Below, piece after piece: positions 1 to 7,422 of a DNA stretch of 38,900 nt (position 1 is the stretch's first letter; each line of letters opens with the position of its first letter). Under the pieces are notes generated by a model. It saw nothing but the letters and a program-made list of their open reading frames with translations, was not told where the DNA came from and did no database searches. The stretch is from Actinomycetota bacterium (lineage in GTDB: Bacteria > Actinomycetota > Thermoleophilia > Gaiellales > Gaiellaceae): positions 1-38,900 of the forward strand of contig JACDCN010000001.1 in NCBI GenBank assembly GCA_013817555.1, given 5' to 3'. A program made the translations under genes and the position numbers.

Positions 1-97
1 GACTGTACCAGGACGCTGCCGACGAAGGAACGCGATAACCGCGCCGCTCGGCGTCAGCCTTCGCCGCCGTGAACATGCGCCAGCTAGGCTCAGTCAT
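1..97 (-). CDS. Hypothetical protein, 5' part only (runs off the window)
   Basis: ATG at 97-95 overlaps the stop of the upstream gene (ATGA). The frame is open to position 1: MTEPSWRMFTAAKADAERRGYRVPSSAASWYS... Confidence 0.4.
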   Translation of the reverse strand, partial: MTEPSWRMFTAAKADAERRGYRVPSSAASWYS

Positions 98-963
98 CAC
101 AGGCTTTCCACGTTGCCAGGATCGTCCGTATGACCGCACGGCCAAATAAGTTCGAAGTGGGTATGCGTCCGCCCGTCCTTCACAGTCTCTGTTCGCTTCA
201 ACTCCCGCGGCGTCCCGCATACCAAACAGATCCCGTAGAACATCGCCTGCTCAATCTGTCCCGGAGTCCACTCCCGCGTCATCCCCGCACCCGCTTCCTT
301 GGTTTCCTCGAGGGGGACAGCTTCGGGATATGCGAACCTCACCGGCTCGTGCGACTCAAGAAACACGTCGAGGTGCATCTCGAAGTTCGTCCCTGAAACG
401 AGCGGCTCGCCGGTCGTACCGCAGACCATGAGTACCACTCGCTCCTCCCCCGTTGTCAGTTCTCTCCACACGTCTCCGTGGTTGACGCGCACGACATCGT
501 GTTGGGTGCGGATCGCGTGCTTCATCGCCCCTCCTCGGATTTCCCGTAAGACAGCAACTTCCTTGCGCAACACATCCCTCTCCTCCAATGCAGCGGAGTA
601 ACCCACCTCACGTTGCTCGACCGTTGCTCGCGCCTCGTCCCGCTCCTCCTCGGCCACGTCCGCCCGCGCTCTTTCTTCTTTCCGGCCTGCTCGCTCTGAT
701 TTGGCCCAACGCAGCGCATCCGCCCGCTCCTTCTCGGCTATGGCTACTGCCGCATCCGTGATCGGGATGATCTCGTCCATCGCCTTTTGCAGCACGGCCC
801 GCTCCTCCTCGGCTCTGAGAAGTAGGGAGTGGAGGCGGGTGACTTCATCAGCCAGAAGATCGAGCAGGGTCGCCGCGTACCCCGCAGACCCGCCGCGATG
901 CCACTCAGCAGACTTTCGTGCCTTCGCCACCAGCGTCTCCGTCTCGGGAGCTACGTCAGTCAT
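97..963 (-). CDS. Hypothetical protein with a long coiled-coil and a Cys/His-containing C-terminal region
   Basis: ORF 97..1011 trimmed to ATG 963, which forms an ATGA overlap with the stop of 960..1256. There is an E/R/A-rich heptad-like middle, and the C-terminus contains CLVCG...WPCGH. Confidence 0.6.
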   Translation of the reverse strand: MTDVAPETETLVAKARKSAEWHRGGSAGYAATLLDLLADEVTRLHSLLLRAEEERAVLQKAMDEIIPITDAAVAIAEKERADALRWAKSERAGRKEERARADVAEEERDEARATVEQREVGYSAALEERDVLRKEVAVLREIRGGAMKHAIRTQHDVVRVNHGDVWRELTTGEERVVLMVCGTTGEPLVSGTNFEMHLDVFLESHEPVRFAYPEAVPLEETKEAGAGMTREWTPGQIEQAMFYGICLVCGTPRELKRTETVKDGRTHTHFELIWPCGHTDDPGNVESL

Positions 964-1256
964 GCGCTGGGCTCGCACAGCGGCTCCTGCTTCAACTTGA
1001 AGAGGGTGCACTCAGCCGGAACCACGTACGTGATGCCGTTAGAGAACGTGTGCTCCCGCTCGGGGATGAGCATGTCGAGGATGACCTTGCCGGGGTGCTC
1101 TTTCTCGTTGCACAGCTCGTAGGCGAAGAGCAAATGGGCGTCCCAGATGGGGCAGCCCTCAGCGCCTTCGCCCGGACGTTGCTCAAAGTGCTCGCAGCGG
1201 AAGCAATACTGCTCCTGGTACGTCAGCCCCTCGGTGCCGTTGGCGAAGTAGGCCAT
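960..1256 (-). CDS. Conserved-looking Cys-rich small phage protein (function unknown)
   Basis: ORF 960..1286 trimmed to ATG 1256 (ATGA overlap with the upstream stop). Sequence: MAYFANGTEGLTYQEQYCFRCEH...GCPIWDAHLLFAYELCNEKEHPGKVILDMLIP. Confidence 0.6.
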   Translation of the reverse strand: MAYFANGTEGLTYQEQYCFRCEHFEQRPGEGAEGCPIWDAHLLFAYELCNEKEHPGKVILDMLIPEREHTFSNGITYVVPAECTLFKLKQEPLCEPSA

Positions 1257-1819
1257 CAGCAGCCACGTCCCCACGACGCGCTCCAATGCGAGTCGTCATT
1301 GCCACTCCAACGAGCCCAGCCGCCTGCCAACGCCTGCCCGAGCGCACTTCTCCAAGCCACGTCGTCACCGGGATCGCGCAGGTGCTCGGGAACCTTGAAG
1401 TCACGAGAGCGCAGGTGGTCGAGAGCGCGGCGATACATGCCCCGGAACGTCGAAAATCTGAACTGGAGATTGCCGCCTACGGTGTCCGAGTCCCGGAGCC
1501 ACGTCGAGTAGCCCTGCCCGCCGTACCCGACCCATCTTCCGTGACCGCCCTCGGCGGCGGAACAGGAGATCAGCCAGCCAGAGGTGCCGGGAAACACGCG
1601 CTGAACCTCGTCTACGGCTCTCAGCCAGGCTCGCCCGCCATCGTAATAGGCGTAGTCCCGCAGGACGTAGCGGCGCTCCTGGAAGCGTTCCAGGGCGAGG
1701 CGGGCGTGGTATGCGCGAGCTTTCCAGCGGTGAGCGAGGAGGAGAACGCGGGGGCAGGCGACGGCGTGATTCCTCGCCGACAGGATCCTGGACAGACCTG
1801 CTCCCCTCCTCTGCCCCAT
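1256..1819 (-). CDS. Hypothetical protein, tentatively lysozyme/transglycosylase-like
   Basis: This is the C-terminal 187 codons of ORF 1256..2239, and the first canonical start in frame after gene 1888..2073 is ATG 1819. The segment WLISCSAAEGGHGRWVGYGGQGYSTWLRDSDTVGGNLQFRFSTF loosely resembles the Rpf/transglycosylase CES-GG...GGLQF..sTW pattern. Confidence 0.4.
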   Translation of the reverse strand: MGQRRGAGLSRILSARNHAVACPRVLLLAHRWKARAYHARLALERFQERRYVLRDYAYYDGGRAWLRAVDEVQRVFPGTSGWLISCSAAEGGHGRWVGYGGQGYSTWLRDSDTVGGNLQFRFSTFRGMYRRALDHLRSRDFKVPEHLRDPGDDVAWRSALGQALAGGWARWSGNDDSHWSASWGRGC

Positions 1820-1887
1820 CTGGGCGCGGTGATGCGTCCACCGCGAGATGTAGAACCGTAATCCGGCGCGATGCTGCGGGCAATGCT

Positions 1888-2073
1888 CTACGTTTCGTGC
1901 GGCCAGTTCGGATACAGCCGGTCGAAGTGATCGTAGGCGTCTGAGATTGCCTTCTCGTATGCCTCCCGTTCCTTGCGCGTGAAGGTGTGCTCCTCCGAGT
2001 TCCCCCACTCGTTGAGCCAGCGGCCGAAGTCGGCCAGATTGGTCGGCGGCTCCACCTGAATTTTGGTAGTCAA
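1888..2073 (-). CDS. Hypothetical protein (61 aa)
   Basis: The composition looks protein-like, and a GAAAGGAGAGGG Shine-Dalgarno sequence lies just upstream of ATG 2073. Confidence 0.55.
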   Translation of the reverse strand: MTTKIQVEPPTNLADFGRWLNEWGNSEEHTFTRKEREAYEKAISDAYDHFDRLYPNWPHET

Positions 2074-2139
2074 AGCCCTCTCCTTTCGCGCCAGCGGCGC
2101 TAGGAATCGTCAATGAGATGAAGGTCGCGAGTGTCACGA

Positions 2140-2604
2140 TTACGAATCGGATGAATCCGTCTCCTTTTGTTGTTTCGACGGACTCTTCGGCGTCCGCCCT
2201 TGTCTCGCGCGTGAGCGCGCTTCGGCTTCTCGTTGGCATTGGCGACAGCGAGGCCGGCCATCTGTGCGGTAGGTGATGTTCTCAGGAATACGCGGATGTC
2301 CATTCGCGCAATGGGTGTCAGAAGCACCTGACGTAAGTCGAAAGTGCTCCACGCGCGTCACAGTTCTCAAATGGGCTGGATTCACACACAGCTTGTCTCC
2401 ACACTCGTGATGAAGTTCGCAGCCCTCAGGAACCGCCCCGACGAGTAACTCGTAAACAAAGCGATGTGCCTGGGCATTTCCTTCCGAACGTCGTCCTAAC
2501 GCAAAGCGTCCGTACTTTCCTGAGACTGCACCGAGCCACGGCCAGCATTCGGCATCCGCCCCGCGTTGCGTGAGACTCCAGAATCGTTCAGTTGCGCTCG
2601 TCAT
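2140..2604 (-). CDS. HNH homing-type endonuclease (HNH_3-like)
   Basis: Motifs: CWPWLGAVSGKYGRFAL...AHRFVYELLVGAVPEGCELHHECGDKLCVNPAHLRTVT. ATG 2604 is preferred over TTG 2628. Confidence 0.75.
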   Translation of the reverse strand: MTSATERFWSLTQRGADAECWPWLGAVSGKYGRFALGRRSEGNAQAHRFVYELLVGAVPEGCELHHECGDKLCVNPAHLRTVTRVEHFRLTSGASDTHCANGHPRIPENITYRTDGRPRCRQCQREAEARSRARQGRTPKSPSKQQKETDSSDS

Positions 2605-3076
2605 CACTCTCCGAGGGTTGGATGGCAAGCGCGTAAACGCCGCGCTCGCGTCGCTCGATCAGGCCGTATCGCAACAGCCGATTGATGAGCGTGGGGGTGT
2701 ACGAACCCACTGGAAGCAGGTCGCGGATCTCAGTGAATCGGTGCGGTCGCTCGGCGAGAGCGGTGAGCACCATGCCTACCGTCTCTCCCTGTCCTCTCTT
2801 AGCGAGCGCCTGCCGCTTGTACGCACATGCTAAACAGCGCTCTGAGGTTCCTCGCCCGTGGCCGTTGTAGCGTGTCTCGGCTCCACACGACTCACACGTC
2901 CCCCGTCGCCGCTGCTTGGCCGCGCTGGAGAGCTTGCGTCCGCGTTCAGCAAGCGCGGGATTTACATACCGAAGCGCGGTCGACGGGGAGACGCCGAGTT
3001 CTTTTGCAATCTGCCTATGGCCGAACGCGCCGGAAGCGTAAAGCTCTCTGGCCCGCTCTTGAAGCGATACGCTCAT
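2588..3076 (-). CDS. DNA-binding protein with an N-terminal HTH, a central CxxC...CxxC zinc ribbon and a C-terminal winged-helix-like part
   Basis: HRQIAKELGVSPSTALRYV is HTH-like, followed by CESCG...CLAC. ATG 3076 forms an ATGA overlap with the upstream stop. Confidence 0.6.
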   Translation of the reverse strand: MSVSLQERARELYASGAFGHRQIAKELGVSPSTALRYVNPALAERGRKLSSAAKQRRRGTCESCGAETRYNGHGRGTSERCLACAYKRQALAKRGQGETVGMVLTALAERPHRFTEIRDLLPVGSYTPTLINRLLRYGLIERRERGVYALAIQPSESDDERN

Positions 3077-3315
3077 CGCCCCACCCGCTTCACCGACGTC
3101 GGATCAGCGGAGGCTTGCTCAAGAGAGAGGAACTTGAGTTCTGACTCCGAATACCTCAGCTCACGGCCATCCTCGAATCTGACCAGGAAGTCCCTCCGGG
3201 GAGCAACGCGCCATCGCGTGCTCTGCCGCCGCTCCGTTTGGATGACCGTTCCCACCTGCCCGCGGTACTCCGAGTTGGCGTTTTCGTGGATGCGAACGAG
3301 AAGCACGTCGCTCAT
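3073..3315 (-). CDS. Hypothetical protein (80 aa)
   Basis: ORF 3073..3597 trimmed to ATG 3315, which forms an ATGA overlap with the stop of the 46-aa ORF. Begins MSDVLLVRIHENANSEYRGQVG... Confidence 0.55.
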   Translation of the reverse strand: MSDVLLVRIHENANSEYRGQVGTVIQTERRQSTRWRVAPRRDFLVRFEDGRELRYSESELKFLSLEQASADPTSVKRVGR

Positions 3316-3452
3316 CGCTGCTTCACCGACACCAACGTCAGAAGCCAGAGCGCAAAGAGAGCGCCCACGGCGAGGGCTCCGAGGGTGCGGGAGTAGAGGG
3401 GAACGGTGGCGAGGGCACAGATCACCACGAACAGGGGCCAGCCGCGAGTCAT
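3312..3452 (-). CDS. Small membrane protein (46 aa, two hydrophobic segments), below the ORF-track cutoff
   Basis: Hand translation: MTRGWPLFVVICALATVPLYSRTLGALAVGALFALWLLTLVSVKQR. It has ATGA overlaps at both ends (3452 and 3315). Confidence 0.5.
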   Translation of the reverse strand: MTRGWPLFVVICALATVPLYSRTLGALAVGALFALWLLTLVSVKQR

Positions 3453-3760
3453 GCGGCCTGCCGTTCAATTGCGATACGTTCAAGCCGATAGCGGGTGCTG
3501 CCGCAGCCCGAGCACACGCGCTGATGCGTCTGTGGCTGTGGCCCGAGATCAGGAAGCCCGTACTTCTCCACCGCGAACGCGAGAGCGCGCAGACCATCCG
3601 CTGTGATGCGCACCCACTGGTAGTACGGCGGCTTCCACTCTGCCGTTACCCACCCATGTCTGAGCATGGAATCCGTCTTACGCTTCGTGAATGACAAGCC
3701 AGCAGAGCCGCTTCCGAGCGCACGAAGCATGTCGTACTGGTTTTGGGTCGGAGTCCTCAC
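3449..3760 (-). CDS. Hypothetical protein (103 aa)
   Basis: GTG 3760 is preceded by GGGGGC and by the conserved leader module. A C-terminal CSGCGS motif is present. Confidence 0.6.
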   Translation of the reverse strand: MRTPTQNQYDMLRALGSGSAGLSFTKRKTDSMLRHGWVTAEWKPPYYQWVRITADGLRALAFAVEKYGLPDLGPQPQTHQRVCSGCGSTRYRLERIAIERQAA

Positions 3761-3768
3761 GCTGCCCC

Positions 3769-3838
3769 CTGGTCAGATCCGGTGGCTAGCCTCCATTGGG
3801 CAAGGGCGGGAAAACCTGCCCTTTGGGCACTAGACGCC
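3769..3838 (-). promoter_or_regulatory. Conserved start-proximal leader module, copy A (carries a 27-nt hairpin insertion at 3803-3829)
   Basis: 3769-3802 matches 4732-4765 at 32 of 34 positions. 3830-3838 (CTAGACGCC) is identical to 4766-4774. The module ends 8 nt before GTG 3760. Confidence 0.6.
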
Positions 3839-4039
3839 AACGCGATCACGAATCTCTCATCGAGGCTCGGGCCGAGCGGTGTCACTCCGGGCGGTGCAAC
3901 TGGCCCCGACGACAAGAGACTCATTCGGGGCTGCCTGTCCGTCCGGACTGGCTACCGGAATCCGTCCTGGGCGGGCTGTCTTTGGCACTTAGCGCAGCTC
4001 CCCGCTCCAGGCTCTTAGGGAGTGCGGCCCCGTTGAAGG

Positions 4040-4723
4040 TCATGCGGCGACTCCTGCGCGGATGTGCTGGAGGAGTTGGTAGCCGATGAGTTCCGTGTAG
4101 GGCGGGGGGATTGCCTCTGAGAGTTCGTCCCGGTTCATCCAGTCGATGCCCATAGCCTCACGGCCGCGATCGGTGCCGACGTGCTTACGTCGAAAGCGCG
4201 GGCCACCCGAAGGCGTGTTGCGATCAATCTGCTTCGAGCGCTCGAGGACGGTGTGCCCGAACACGAGCAACCAGTCGCCCGAGTGATCTCCGCACGGTGG
4301 CACCATGATCGGGAAGTTGGCCTCGAACAGTCTGTGCCGTTTCACGTTTACGCCGACCGAAAGACCGCAGATCGTTACTGCGTTCTCAAGCGGGGCACCG
4401 GGCACGTTCTCGATGACGTAGGGCAGGCCCGTCTCTTGGAGTAGCTCCCGAGTCTCAGCGATCAGGTCGGGATGATCGGTGCGCCCGTGAATGTTGTTAG
4501 CGACCAAGTACGCCTGACACGGCGGGCTCGCGTGGATCGCGTCGAAGTCACGACTGATCCCGATGTCTGCCGTGAGCGTTGCCAGTGCATCCGCCTGGTG
4601 AAACTCGAACGGATACCGCGGCTGAGCTTTGATGTCCACGCCCACGACCTCGAAGCCCGCTCGGTGGTAGCCCATAGCTGCGCCGCCTGCGCCGCAGAAC
4701 AAATCGAGCAGCCGGGGCTTCAT
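4040..4723 (-). CDS. DNA (cytosine-5) methyltransferase, small phage type
   Basis: Motif I DLFCGAGG, motif IV SPPCQ, motif VI ENV, a RHRLF motif, and a C-terminal EAIPPPYTELIG motif. Confidence 0.9.
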   Translation of the reverse strand: MKPRLLDLFCGAGGAAMGYHRAGFEVVGVDIKAQPRYPFEFHQADALATLTADIGISRDFDAIHASPPCQAYLVANNIHGRTDHPDLIAETRELLQETGLPYVIENVPGAPLENAVTICGLSVGVNVKRHRLFEANFPIMVPPCGDHSGDWLLVFGHTVLERSKQIDRNTPSGGPRFRRKHVGTDRGREAMGIDWMNRDELSEAIPPPYTELIGYQLLQHIRAGVAA

Positions 4724-4731
4724 GCCGCCCT

Positions 4732-4774
4732 CTGGTCAGATGCGGCGGCTAGCCTCCATTGGGCACTAGACGCC
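4732..4774 (-). promoter_or_regulatory. Conserved start-proximal leader module, copy B (no insertion)
   Basis: Minus strand reads GGCGTCTAGTGCCCAATGGAGGCTAGCCGCCGCATCTGACCAG, followed by AGGGCGGC and ATG 4723. See copy A. Confidence 0.6.
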
Positions 4775-4846
4775 TTACCTCGACAGAGCGTGCGGAATCC
4801 GCCTGTTTGAGCCAAAGTCTGCGGGCGGGTTTCTAGCGGCATGGAT

Positions 4847-5776
4847 TTATAGGTCGGCCAGTGAGAAGGTTGCGAGCTTGTCGGAGACGTCCTCGATCGA
4901 AAGGTGGCCGTAGATGTCCGCCGTAGTTCGAATCGAGACGTGCCCCATTAGCAGTTGACGTTCCTCGAGCGAGAGACCGGCCAACCGCATGAGCTCGTGG
5001 TAGGTGTGGCGCGTGGCATGGGGACGGAGATAGGGAACCTTCGCCCGTTCGATCAAAAGCGAGTACCAGCGCGAATACGTCGTGTCGCCCATCGGCCAGC
5101 GCCTCGAGATCACGTTCCCGCCGCCAGGTTTGGTGTACCAGAGGTGATCCCACGGCCTGAGCCCTTCGGTGAGGTCGAGGTCAGCGACGGCCTGGAGAGC
5201 TCCGGGAGTCAGTGCGACGATACGATCCTTACCGCCCTTGCCCTCGCGCACGATCAGGCGTCTGCGATCGAGGTCGACGTGCTCACGGCGTAGGCGTCTG
5301 GCTTCTGCCTTTCGTAGCCCGGAGCCGAAGAGGATCGCGAAGAGCTGCCCGTCAGGTGATGGAAGCGCCTCGAGCGAGGCAACCTGGGCGATGGTGAACG
5401 TGCCCTCCACCCGGCGCTCGGGGTGCTTGATCGTCGCCACCTTCCGCATCGGGCTCTTGTCGATTCGGTCCTGCTGCTCGGCCCACACGAAGAAGCGGTT
5501 GATGATCGAGCGGACGATGTGCCGGCTACGTTTCGGGGTCGCACTCAGGACGGCGTTGATGTCGTCCGACGTGAACTCCGCAAGCGTCTTCTCGGGGTGA
5601 GCCCGCAGGAGTGGAGCCACCTTGCGGACGTACTCGTAGAGCGTGCGATCGGCTTTGCCTTCCAGTTCCAGGTAGACGAGCCAGTGAGCCAGATCGCCTG
5701 CGGCCCGCGCCTTCTCGTGGCGCACGTCTCGCAAGAGGGAAGCGAACCCTACGTCACGGTATGCGAGCGTGCTCAC
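4847..5776 (-). CDS. int: Tyrosine recombinase / phage integrase (XerC/D-like size)
   Basis: An N-terminal SAM-like domain is followed by a catalytic region with ...LRKAEARRLRREHVDL..., HATRHTYHELM, LMGHVSIRTTADIYGHL. GTG 5776 forms a GTGA overlap with the DUF1508 gene stop. Confidence 0.9.
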   Translation of the reverse strand: MSTLAYRDVGFASLLRDVRHEKARAAGDLAHWLVYLELEGKADRTLYEYVRKVAPLLRAHPEKTLAEFTSDDINAVLSATPKRSRHIVRSIINRFFVWAEQQDRIDKSPMRKVATIKHPERRVEGTFTIAQVASLEALPSPDGQLFAILFGSGLRKAEARRLRREHVDLDRRRLIVREGKGGKDRIVALTPGALQAVADLDLTEGLRPWDHLWYTKPGGGNVISRRWPMGDTTYSRWYSLLIERAKVPYLRPHATRHTYHELMRLAGLSLEERQLLMGHVSIRTTADIYGHLSIEDVSDKLATFSLADL

Positions 5777-5982
5777 GGAAACTTCCTAAACGGCTTGGCC
5801 GTCGTATCCACCAGCTCCACCCGTAGCGACTCAGCCACCTGGCGAGCCGAGCGCTTGGCTGAGAATTTCGTTGTGAACGACTCCGAGACAGAGATTGGCT
5901 CGCCGTTGGCGGCTACGAGGCGGAAAAAATAGCCCGGCAGGATGCGGCCGTTGCCTCGGAAGATCTCTACGCGACCGCTCAC
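5773..5982 (-). CDS. DUF1508 (YegP-like) domain protein
   Basis: GYFFRLVAANGEPISVSESFTTKFSAKRSARQV matches the YegP/DUF1508 repeat pattern. GTGA overlap at 5982. Confidence 0.7.
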   Translation of the reverse strand: MSGRVEIFRGNGRILPGYFFRLVAANGEPISVSESFTTKFSAKRSARQVAESLRVELVDTTAKPFRKFP

Positions 5983-6197
5983 GCCTCAACCTCGACCAGC
6001 CTGATGAACGGGGTCTTGAACGTCGCCATGAGCGGATCGCCCGCCCACATATCGACTGCGACGCCCGAGAAAATCCGAGAGATGTCCGTCTCGCGACCAT
6101 CGTAAGCGACGAAGATGAATCGCTGATGGCTCCCGAGGCGCGGGTGACCGACAGGATCAGTAGCCACTGTCTCGATACGGATGTGCTCTCGGTTCAC
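5979..6197 (-). CDS. Hypothetical protein (72 aa)
   Basis: It is coupled to its neighbours by GTGA overlaps at both ends. Confidence 0.5.
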   Translation of the reverse strand: MNREHIRIETVATDPVGHPRLGSHQRFIFVAYDGRETDISRIFSGVAVDMWAGDPLMATFKTPFIRLVEVEA

Positions 6198-6457
6198 GCT
6201 GCTGCCTCCTCGGCGTATAAAGCGACGGCTGCGGCTAGACGCTCGCGTTCTTTCTCAAGGATGTGATCCAGGTTCCACGAAGCGATCTCCCAAGCGACTT
6301 CGCGCAAGGTTTCAGCGCACCGACAGTTACCAGCCACGTCGTAACGTCGAGCGACCGCTTCCAGAATCTCGCAGTGGACCGAGGTATCACCTACGCTCTT
6401 GCGCCCCTCTTTGTAGCCCTCGTCATAGCCTTCGTCCCAGTGGCAGCAGTCGCTCAC
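6194..6457 (-). CDS. Hypothetical Cys-containing protein (87 aa)
   Basis: GTGA overlaps at 6457 and 6197. Begins MSDCCHWDEGYDEGYKEG... Confidence 0.5.
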   Translation of the reverse strand: MSDCCHWDEGYDEGYKEGRKSVGDTSVHCEILEAVARRYDVAGNCRCAETLREVAWEIASWNLDHILEKERERLAAAVALYAEEAAA

Positions 6458-6642
6458 GCCGCTACCTCGTCTCGTTCGGATGTTTCCTGGGACGCCGCTG
6501 TCGAGTCGACGACTGTGGTCGTCTGGGAAGGGAGCGACGCCCCAGGATCTTGGAAATCTTCATCCTCTGCCATGACGCGATCGCGCCAGGCTTCGTAGGC
6601 GTTCTCGGTTCCGGCATCCCAGTCCACTTCGTAGGCCCTCAT
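6454..6642 (-). CDS. Hypothetical strongly acidic protein (62 aa)
   Basis: ATGA overlap at 6642. The sequence is D/E-rich with almost no basic residues. Confidence 0.5.
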   Translation of the reverse strand: MRAYEVDWDAGTENAYEAWRDRVMAEDEDFQDPGASLPSQTTTVVDSTAASQETSERDEVAA

Positions 6643-6905
6643 GCGACAGGGCTCCTTTGGCCGGCTCCCCGAAGAGACTCGTCTTGGAGCACCGTGGCAA
6701 GCGCGAAGGCGTAGGTCCAGAACTGCCAGTGAGGACGCTCGTGCGTCTCGAGGAACTTGGCCGTCGTCTCGCGGATCTCACGGTGAGCGTCTGCTTCGTC
6801 GTTCGGAACGCGATAGCTGAAGACCGACGTGTCGGGTGAAGACTCTTTCCGGGGATGAGGCACTCGGCGTCCGCAGCCTTCGCAGGTCTGTCCGGGCTCG
6901 GTCAT
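6639..6905 (-). CDS. Hypothetical protein (88 aa)
   Basis: ORF 6639..6950 trimmed to ATG 6905 (ATGA overlap with the SWIM gene stop). A CEGCG motif is present. Confidence 0.5.
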   Translation of the reverse strand: MTEPGQTCEGCGRRVPHPRKESSPDTSVFSYRVPNDEADAHREIRETTAKFLETHERPHWQFWTYAFALATVLQDESLRGAGQRSPVA

Positions 6906-7153
6906 CGCTCCACCGCCGTGACGCTCCAGAGCGCTTGCATATGCGAGCAAGCCGTTCGAGCCGGACAGGTGCAGCCCCAGCGCTCGAAGTCGGGCTGATA
7001 GCCGAGCTGGTAAACCTCGCCCGAGTCACCGCGACACTCCGCAACGATCAGGTTTCCCTCGACCTGGAGCACGCGAAGACGGCCGCTGGTGAGCAGACGC
7101 TTGGCCTTCTCAGCCGCATTCACGCGGCCGGGACGCTTGGTCTCGGCGCTCAT
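6902..7153 (-). CDS. SWIM-type zinc-finger protein
   Basis: WGCTCPARTACSHMQALW fits the CxCxnCxH SWIM signature. ATG 7153 forms an ATGA overlap with the upstream stop. Confidence 0.7.
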   Translation of the reverse strand: MSAETKRPGRVNAAEKAKRLLTSGRLRVLQVEGNLIVAECRGDSGEVYQLGYQPDFERWGCTCPARTACSHMQALWSVTAVER

Positions 7154-7422
7154 TGCGGATCCCCCTCGACGCGAGCAAGCCCGCAGCGTGGGCACCAGTG
7201 AACGCGCTCCTGAGTCTGGGTGCGATTCCTACGATCGCTCGGAAGCGGAGCCTCGAAGCGCTCGGCGTACGACTCACGTATACGCCGACGGATCTTCCAG
7301 AGCGGAGTCATGCGCTCGGTGATCTCGTCGAGAGCTTTGAGGAAGTCGGCCTGTGCCTCCAAGACCTCACCCGTCTCGGGATGGATGAAGGGCACATCGA
7401 GGGCTGCCTGAGTCACGACCAT
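7150..7422 (-). CDS. Hypothetical protein
   Basis: The start is either ATG 7422 or GTG 7416 (a GTGA overlap with the stop at 7413-7415). A C-terminal CPRCG motif is present. Confidence 0.5.
   Translation of the reverse strand: MVVTQAALDVPFIHPETGEVLEAQADFLKALDEITERMTPLWKIRRRIRESYAERFEAPLPSDRRNRTQTQERVHWCPRCGLARVEGDPQ

Noticed and set aside
1820-2239. The N-terminal 140 codons of ORF 1256..2239
   Set aside because: It overlaps the protein-like 61-aa gene 1888..2073 and the 3' end of the HNH gene, and its composition is implausible. Only the part after 1819 is kept.
3841-4039. Possible tRNA, tmRNA fragment or other RNA gene in the 279-nt gap downstream of the methyltransferase
   Set aside because: I could not build a cloverleaf, and neither strand has a T-loop (GTTCRANYC-like) or an acceptor stem. 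The region is kept only as a regulatory or attP candidate.
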